A stretch of 64,000 nucleotides of DNA from positions 191,149-255,148 of the forward strand of contig CALCDZ010000003.1 in the NCBI GenBank assembly GCA_937900255.1, in the 5' to 3' direction. The notes under the pieces were generated by a model. It was not told where the DNA came from. It did no database searches and saw nothing but the letters and a program-made list of their open reading frames with translations. Made by a program: the position numbers and the translations under genes. This document shows, piece by piece, positions 58,250 through 64,000 of this stretch (within the stretch, counting starts at the first letter, position 1; each line of letters opens with the position of its first letter). Source of the DNA: an uncultured bacterium. GTDB lineage: Bacteria > Patescibacteriota > Patescibacteriia > SG8-24 > DYFX01.

Positions 58250-58939
58250 TCAGGCGCGGATTTCCAGTCGGAGATCGGGTCGCATGGCTCGGATGCGTTC
58301 GCCGACGGCTTCAAGATCGGTCGGAGCCGATCTTGCCAGGTCGGGCTGCAGGGTCTTCCCGTAACGCATCTCCTGGAGCGCATAACGGCAGCCAGGCTCC
58401 AGACCGTCCGCGATTTCGAGCAGGCCCTCTTCGGAATGCGAAGCGGGCCAGACGGTCGTCCGGAACTCGTGCGGGACGCCGGACGACGCGAGGAGCGCTT
58501 GTGTCGCGCGGCAGTTATCGGCGGCCGAGGCGGCCACCGGTCCGATCACCTCGCCGTACCGGCGCCAGACGTGCTTCAGGTCCATCGCGACGTAGTCGAC
58601 CAGTCCGCGTTCAATGATCGATCCGACCATCTTCGGATGCAGGCCGTTGGTGTCGAGCTTGACGGCCAAGCCGAGCGCCTTGATGCGCGCCAGGAATTCC
58701 GGAAGGTCGGGCTGGACCGTCGGCTCGCCGCCGGTCACGCAGACGCCATCGATGAAGCCGCTGCGCCTGGAGATGCGCGCCAGGACTTCTTCCTGATCCA
58801 TGGCGCCTCCCGTCATCGGCAGCAGCTCGGGATTGTGGCAGTACGCGCATCGGAACGGGCAGCCTTGGGTGAAGACGGTCGAGGCCACCCTGCCCGGGAA
58901 ATCAAGCAACGTAAGCGGCTGGTACCCGGCGATGCGCAT
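58250..58939 (-). CDS. nrdG: anaerobic ribonucleotide reductase activating radical SAM protein
   Basis: LLDFPG, FTQGCPFRCAYCHN, VTGGEPT, KLDTNG. Confidence 0.92.
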   Translation of the reverse strand: MRIAGYQPLTLLDFPGRVASTVFTQGCPFRCAYCHNPELLPMTGGAMDQEEVLARISRRSGFIDGVCVTGGEPTVQPDLPEFLARIKALGLAVKLDTNGLHPKMVGSIIERGLVDYVAMDLKHVWRRYGEVIGPVAASAADNCRATQALLASSGVPHEFRTTVWPASHSEEGLLEIADGLEPGCRYALQEMRYGKTLQPDLARSAPTDLEAVGERIRAMRPDLRLEIRA

Positions 58940-60743
58940 AGGAGGTTTCCTGCGTCGCAGGCAAGGCATATTCCTTGCGATGGACGTACTCGCTCTTTTT
59001 TCCGACGTTCCATTGTTCGATCGGGCGGAAGTACCCCACGATGCGCGACCAGATTTCGCAGCGGGTGCCGCACTTCGGGCACTCGGGCTGTTCGCCCGAG
59101 AGATAGCCGTGCGTCGGGCAGACGCTGAAGGTCGGGGTAAGCGTGAAGTAGGGGAGCCGGTACGATTCCGCGACCTTGCGGACGAACCGCGCGCAAGCCT
59201 TCCAGTCTTGGACGCGTTCTCCGAGGAACAGGTGCAGGACGGTGCCGCCGGTATACTTCGCCTGCAGGTCGTCCTGATGATCGAGCGCCGAGAGCGGGTC
59301 GTCCGTGTAGCCGACCGGAAGGTGGCTGGAGTTGGTGTAGTAGGGGGCCTGCTTCGTGCCGGATTGGACGATGTCCGGGAAGCGCGCGCGGTCTTCCTTG
59401 GCGAAACGGTAGGTCGTGCCTTCGGCAGGCGTGGCCTCGAGGTTATAGAGGTGTCCGGTCTCCTCCTGATACGTGACCAGGCGATCGCGCATGAAGTCGA
59501 GCACCTCAAGCGCGAAGGATCGGCCTTCCTCGGTCGTGATGTCGCCGCCGAGGAGGTTCTCGGCCGCCTCGTTCATCCCGTTGAGGCCCACGGTCGAGAA
59601 GTGGTTGCGCAGCGTGCCGAGATAGCGCTTGGTGTACGGCAGGAGCCCGCGGTCGATGAGGCCTTGGACGGTCGTGCGCTTGATTTCGAGCGACTCTTTG
59701 GCCAGGTCCATCAGCCTTCCCAATCGCCGGAAGAAGGCGGCTTTCGAAGCGGCGACGTGGCCGAGCCTTGCCAGGTTGATGGTGACGACGCCGACCGACC
59801 CCGTCATTTCCGCCGAACCGAACAGGCCGCCGCCGCGCGCCCGGAGCGCGCGCAGGTCCAGCTGGAGACGGCAGCACATGCTGCGGACATCCTTCGGGTC
59901 GAGGTCGGAGTTCACGAAGTTCTGGAAGTACGGGATACCGTACTTCGCGGTCATCTCGAAGAGCCTCCGCGCGTTTTCGGATTCCCAGTCGAAATCCTTG
60001 GTCACGTTATAGGTCGGGATCGGGAACGTGAAGATGCGTCCTTTGGCGTCGCCCGACGTCATCACCTCGATGAACGCCTGATTGATGAGGTCCATCTCCT
60101 CGCGGCAGTCGGCGTAGGTGAACTCCTGCTCGACGCCGGCGATGCGCGGATGCGTCTCGGCCAGGTCGACGGGTACGGTCCAGTCGAGCGTGATGTTGGT
60201 GAACGGCGTCTGCATGCCCCAGCGCGAGGGGACATTCAAGTTGAAGACGAACTGTTGGATGGCCTGCCTGACTTGCGCGTGAGAGAGGCCGTCTTTCTTC
60301 ACGTAGGGGGCGAGCAGGGTGTCGAAAGAGGAGAATGCCTGCGCTCCGGCCCACTCGTTCTGGAGCGTGCCGAGGAAGTTGACCATCTGGCCGAGCGCCG
60401 TCTCGAAATGCCTGGGCGGAGCTGATTCCACCCGGCCGACCACCCCGTTGAAGCCTTCTTCCAGCAGCTGGCGCAGGCTCCAGCCCGCGCAGTAGCCGGA
60501 CAGGAGGTCGAGGTCGTGGATGTGGAAATCTCCCGAGACGTGCGCCGAACGCACGGCTTTCGGATAGACGCGATCGAGCCAATAGCGCGCCGTCAGCTTG
60601 CCGGAGATGTTCAGGATCATCCCGCCCAAGGAGTAGCCCTGGTTGGCGTTGGCGTTCACCCGCCAGTCGGAACGGTCCAGGTATTCTTCGATGGTCTCGA
60701 CGGCATCGACGTTCGATCGGACGCGGGCGCGCGCGTGAGGCAT
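58902..60743 (-). CDS. nrdD: class III (anaerobic) ribonucleoside-triphosphate reductase, no ATP cone
   Basis: HIHDL, YCAGW, SMCCRL, EATPAEG, YTGGT, CPTHG..CPKC, SRIVGYFRP (glycyl radical). Confidence 0.95.
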   Translation of the reverse strand: MPHARARVRSNVDAVETIEEYLDRSDWRVNANANQGYSLGGMILNISGKLTARYWLDRVYPKAVRSAHVSGDFHIHDLDLLSGYCAGWSLRQLLEEGFNGVVGRVESAPPRHFETALGQMVNFLGTLQNEWAGAQAFSSFDTLLAPYVKKDGLSHAQVRQAIQQFVFNLNVPSRWGMQTPFTNITLDWTVPVDLAETHPRIAGVEQEFTYADCREEMDLINQAFIEVMTSGDAKGRIFTFPIPTYNVTKDFDWESENARRLFEMTAKYGIPYFQNFVNSDLDPKDVRSMCCRLQLDLRALRARGGGLFGSAEMTGSVGVVTINLARLGHVAASKAAFFRRLGRLMDLAKESLEIKRTTVQGLIDRGLLPYTKRYLGTLRNHFSTVGLNGMNEAAENLLGGDITTEEGRSFALEVLDFMRDRLVTYQEETGHLYNLEATPAEGTTYRFAKEDRARFPDIVQSGTKQAPYYTNSSHLPVGYTDDPLSALDHQDDLQAKYTGGTVLHLFLGERVQDWKACARFVRKVAESYRLPYFTLTPTFSVCPTHGYLSGEQPECPKCGTRCEIWSRIVGYFRPIEQWNVGKKSEYVHRKEYALPATQETSYAHRRVPAAYVA

Positions 60744-60757
60744 AGGAACGGAAGATG

Positions 60758-60796
60758 AATAAAAAAACCCGCTTGCGCGAGCTTCTGGAGCTTCTG
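60758..60796 (-). promoter_or_regulatory. tandem CAGAAGCTC repeat overlapping an intrinsic terminator (candidate attenuator)
   Basis: Minus strand: cagaagctc-cagaagctc-gc-gcaa-gcggg-ttttttt. Confidence 0.6.
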
Positions 60797-60807
60797 GGGA
60801 TGGGCGC

Positions 60808-61005
60808 TTACGGGGTTGTCTCGACTGGAATCCGGTTCGGGCAGGGATCGACTCCGCAGAGCAGGCGGTGGTGCATCGTGGCGGATACGGTGCTCAGGGC
60901 ATGGCAATGCCGGCACTTGATCTCCACGTCGCCTTCCACCAGCACCCCGCGGAACAGCAGTTTCCTGCACTGCGGACATCGGTACTCTTTGAGGCAGCCT
61001 GGCAT
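60808..61005 (-). CDS. Com-family (Mu Com-like) zinc-finger protein
   Basis: EYRCPQCRKLLF......VEIKCRHC. Confidence 0.8.
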   Translation of the reverse strand: MPGCLKEYRCPQCRKLLFRGVLVEGDVEIKCRHCHALSTVSATMHHRLLCGVDPCPNRIPVETTP

Positions 61006-61030
61006 GGGCGAAAAACGGTTATGCACAGCT

Positions 61031-61078
61031 CTACTACATATGGTACTCAAAATGCGATCGTACTACAAGATGTAGATA
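61031..61078. promoter_or_regulatory. two NrdR boxes
   Basis: ctaCTACATATGGtac (61031) and ctaCAAGATGTAGata (61063), 32 bp apart, upstream of com-nrdD-nrdG. Confidence 0.75.
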
Positions 61079-61149
61079 GGCGCTGACCTGTTACCTTCGG
61101 CGCCCATGAGCGTAGTACACTGGTGAGAGAGCGCTCTCACCGCAACCAC

Positions 61150-61674
61150 ATGGATTCCAAGGCTTTCGGAGACCTGTATGACGCCCATGTCCGGCAGGTC
61201 TACCGCTATCATTATTACCGCACGCAGCACCGCGAGACGGCCGAGGATTTGACGTCCTTGACCTTCACGAAGGCACTTGGCCGCATCGGGACGTTCGACC
61301 CGGAACGGGGGACCTTCCTGGCGTGGATCTACCGCATCGCCCGCAACGCGCTCGTCGATCACTATCGGGCGGCGCGGGAGGCCGTCGATATCGACGACGT
61401 CTGGGACCTGAAGTCCGACGCGGACGTGCAGAAGGACGCCGAAACGCGGGAGCGGATCGAAAAACTCCGCCCGTATCTTCAAGCCCTGCCGAAAGACCAG
61501 CGCGAGATCCTGCTCCTGCGCCTGTGGGATGATCTGCCGTACGCGGACATCGCGGCGATCACCGGACGCAGCGAAGCGGCCTGCAAGATGGCCTTTTCGC
61601 GGACGGTCTCGCGGCTGCGCAAGGACGTGCCCGCTTCCATCCTCCTGCTTCTCCTCTTCATCCGCCTCCTATGA
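61150..61674 (+). CDS. ECF RNA polymerase sigma factor
   Basis: AFGDLYD, AEDLTS.TF, AWIYRIARN..VD.YR, LP..QRE...LR, YADIA region 4. Confidence 0.92.
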   Translation: MDSKAFGDLYDAHVRQVYRYHYYRTQHRETAEDLTSLTFTKALGRIGTFDPERGTFLAWIYRIARNALVDHYRAAREAVDIDDVWDLKSDADVQKDAETRERIEKLRPYLQALPKDQREILLLRLWDDLPYADIAAITGRSEAACKMAFSRTVSRLRKDVPASILLLLLFIRLL

Positions 61675-63110
61675 TGACGCCTCTCCGCCTGCAAGAGATC
61701 CTCGATGACCTGTATGCCCTTGACCCCGGACTTCGTGGACGCGAGACGGAACTGCGCTCGTTGATCGTCCAGATGGCCTCATTGCGGCCTGATGCCCCGA
61801 TCGACGATCGTTTCCTGGATCAGCTTAAGAACCGACTCATGACTTCCATGACAAAGACTTCTCAAAACACCTTCCTGCATTTCCTGACCGGCCGCCCTAT
61901 GCGGTACCTGGTCCCTGGGCTGGCCGCGATGGCCTTGGTCGCGATGGTTTCTTTCGCCCCGCGCCATGCCTCGGCGCCGGCCGGTCGCACGTCCGGGATC
62001 GCCCGTGTCGGCACGGAAGCGTTCGGGCGCCTCGGCATCCGCCCTTCCTCCGCCGGGGATGGAGCCGCCGCCGCGGCAGGATCGGGCACTCTCCAGGAAG
62101 CGACGACGCTCGCTCCTGCCGCCGCTTCCATGGGCGCCAAGCTCCTTCCCGCCGATTGGACGCCCACCTATTACAAGTACGTCTATGAAGGAGGGGAGAT
62201 CACGGATCTGGCCGCGAACGTCGACGTCTACCGGCGCGCCGCGGACGTGAAGACATCCTTGCCGGCATCCGCGCTTCGTGGGCTCGATATCGGCCTCATG
62301 GATCTCGCCAAGCTCCGCCGTCCTTCCGTGGGATCGTTCACGTTGATCGAAGATGGGCGGGAGGGGTATGTCGTGAACGTCGACGCTTTCGCCGGCACGA
62401 TTTCCATGCGGGAGAACTCCGAATGGGACCGCCCTGAACGTCAATGCCGTGATCAGGCCTGCTTGGACGCGCAACGGTTGAAGGAAGGGGATATGCCGTC
62501 CGCATCCGAAGCCATCAAGGCTGCCGACGACTTCCTTGCGAAATTCGGCATCTCAAAGGAGGGATACGGGACGCCGTCCGTGCGCGATGATTGGAGGCCT
62601 CGTTATCTCGCCGCCGCCGACAAGGAAGCGTTCTGGCTTCCCGATACCGTCACGGTGGTCTACCCGTACGTCGCGGACGGAAAGAATCTCGCGGACGAGT
62701 CCGGGTCGCCGTATGGGTTGAACGTCGAAATCGATGCCCGTCGCAAACAGGCAGTGGGCCTTTCGAACCTGACGGCGCGCCGCTTCGAGAGCTCTTCGTA
62801 TCCGGCCGCGACCGACGCCAAGCGCCTGATCGCCATCGCCGAACGTGGAGGCCTGTTCGGATCGACGGACATCCCTCGTGACGCCAAGGTCGTCGAGATC
62901 CGTCTCGGCAAGCCGACCGTCGTGAACGAGCGGGTTTGGAGGTGGGACGGCGTCGGAGGGTCGGAACTGTTCGCCCCCGCGCTCGTCTTTCCGGTCATCG
63001 ATCCTCCCGAAGGGTTCGTCCAGGCAGGCGTGAGCGTGCCGTTGGCCGAGGAACTGCTCAAGACCGACGACGCGTCAGCGCCTACGCCGCTGATCCTCAT
63101 GAACAAGTGA
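61671..63110 (+). CDS. putative anti-sigma factor (cytoplasmic N-terminus, TM, large extracellular domain)
   Basis: Overlaps the sigma stop; P.D.RF...LK.RL before a single TM. Confidence 0.7.
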   Translation: MMTPLRLQEILDDLYALDPGLRGRETELRSLIVQMASLRPDAPIDDRFLDQLKNRLMTSMTKTSQNTFLHFLTGRPMRYLVPGLAAMALVAMVSFAPRHASAPAGRTSGIARVGTEAFGRLGIRPSSAGDGAAAAAGSGTLQEATTLAPAAASMGAKLLPADWTPTYYKYVYEGGEITDLAANVDVYRRAADVKTSLPASALRGLDIGLMDLAKLRRPSVGSFTLIEDGREGYVVNVDAFAGTISMRENSEWDRPERQCRDQACLDAQRLKEGDMPSASEAIKAADDFLAKFGISKEGYGTPSVRDDWRPRYLAAADKEAFWLPDTVTVVYPYVADGKNLADESGSPYGLNVEIDARRKQAVGLSNLTARRFESSSYPAATDAKRLIAIAERGGLFGSTDIPRDAKVVEIRLGKPTVVNERVWRWDGVGGSELFAPALVFPVIDPPEGFVQAGVSVPLAEELLKTDDASAPTPLILMNK

Positions 63111-63174
63111 CGGATAGGACGCTCCTCCTGCGGGAGCGTTCTTCTTTTTTCCGCCATCTGCTACGATGACGGAT

Positions 63175-63645
63175 ATGGTCAAGACGCTGACGCTCTGCAT
63201 CGTCCGTGACGATGCCCGCATCCTCCTCGGCATGAAGAAGCGCGGTTTCGGCGCAGGGCGCTGGAACGGCTTCGGCGGAAAGGTCGCCTCCGGAGAGACG
63301 ATCGAGGCGGCTGCCAAGCGGGAGCTGCTTGAGGAGTGCGGATTGGAGGCGGTCAAGCTCGCGAAAGCGGGCATCCTGCGGTTCGCTTTCGCGTCCGATC
63401 CGGAAACGCTCGAGGTCCATGTCTTCGACGTCCTCGAGCATGTCGGGACGCCCTCCGAGACGGAAGAGATGGTCCCACGCTGGTTCAAGCTGACGGACAT
63501 CCCGTTCGAACGCATGTGGCCGGACGATCGTCATTGGCTCCCGCGTTTCCTCGAGAGCGGGCGTGTCGACGGTAGTTTTTATTTCCTCGACGAAGATACG
63601 CTTCTTGATTTTTCGGTCCACGAAGGCGCTTTGGCGACCGTATGA
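63175..63645 (+). CDS. 8-oxo-dGTP diphosphatase (MTH1/NUDT1-like NUDIX)
   Basis: LLGMKKRGFGAGRWNGFGGKV, RELLEECG, ETEEM.P.WF, MWPDD. Confidence 0.9.
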   Translation: MVKTLTLCIVRDDARILLGMKKRGFGAGRWNGFGGKVASGETIEAAAKRELLEECGLEAVKLAKAGILRFAFASDPETLEVHVFDVLEHVGTPSETEEMVPRWFKLTDIPFERMWPDDRHWLPRFLESGRVDGSFYFLDEDTLLDFSVHEGALATV

Positions 63646-64000
63646 AAAGATATCTCCTTTCCCTGTCCGTTGCGGTCGTCCTCGGCGCCGGCTGCGCGCG
63701 TTCCTCGGCCGTCGATCGGCACCCTCGACCGCTCCCCCCGCCCTCTCCTCCGGTCGCCCGGCCCGCGGCGCCGGACGTTCCTGGAGCGTCCGGACCGGCG
63801 GCGCATGCGGACGTGATCGTCATCGAGCGACCTTTGGCCGGCGCCGCCATCGCCAGCCCGCTCACGGCGCTTGGAAAGGCCCGCGGTACCTGGTACTTCG
63901 AAGGCTCCTTTCCGGTCCAAGTGGTCGATGCGGATGGCGAGGCGGTCGCCATGGGCGTCGCGCACGCGCAAGGCGATTGGATGACCGCCGATTTCGTGCC
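63642..64000 (+). CDS. lipoprotein with Gmad2 immunoglobulin-like domain (3' truncated)
   Basis: MKRYLLSLSVAVVLGAGC lipobox; SPL...GKARGTWYFEGSFPV, AQGDWMT..FV. Confidence 0.8.
   Translation, partial: MKRYLLSLSVAVVLGAGCARSSAVDRHPRPLPPPSPPVARPAAPDVPGASGPAAHADVIVIERPLAGAAIASPLTALGKARGTWYFEGSFPVQVVDADGEAVAMGVAHAQGDWMTADFV

Overview
High-GC bacterial chromosomal segment. Gene content and style suggest a Patescibacteria/CPR genome, possibly Uhrbacteria-like (inference from tandem gpmI, SIMPL, C39-like peptidase, DUF3048, sortase, an LGAGC-lipobox Gmad2 protein and translin). The backbone is housekeeping: lower glycolysis (pgk, eno, 2x gpmI), arfB, tgt/queA, mutM/nth, a ZnuABC-like transporter, mltG, a UvrD/PcrA helicase, metK, murD/murE, ftsEX, a MarR-MFS efflux operon, pyrD, an ABC-F ATPase, msrB, mscL, nrdDG, an ECF sigma/anti-sigma pair and four tRNAs (Lys-UUU, Gly-CCC, Thr-CGU, Gln-UUG). 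The most interesting signals are: (1) a stand-alone gene beside tRNA-Gln that looks like a remote DGR target, with no RT or TR seen in the window; (2) a Com-type zinc-finger gene under NrdR boxes, followed by a tandem 9-nt repeat overlapping a terminator just before nrdD, a candidate protein-dependent attenuator; (3) a promoter-to-terminator three-hairpin small RNA at about 48.43-48.52 kb; (4) a C2H2 zinc finger hidden in an unannotated frame; (5) a Cys-to-Ser sortase next to a LamG surface protein; (6) a split between apparently leaderless housekeeping genes and SD-led orphan genes. All calls come from reading motifs by eye; no database searches were run.
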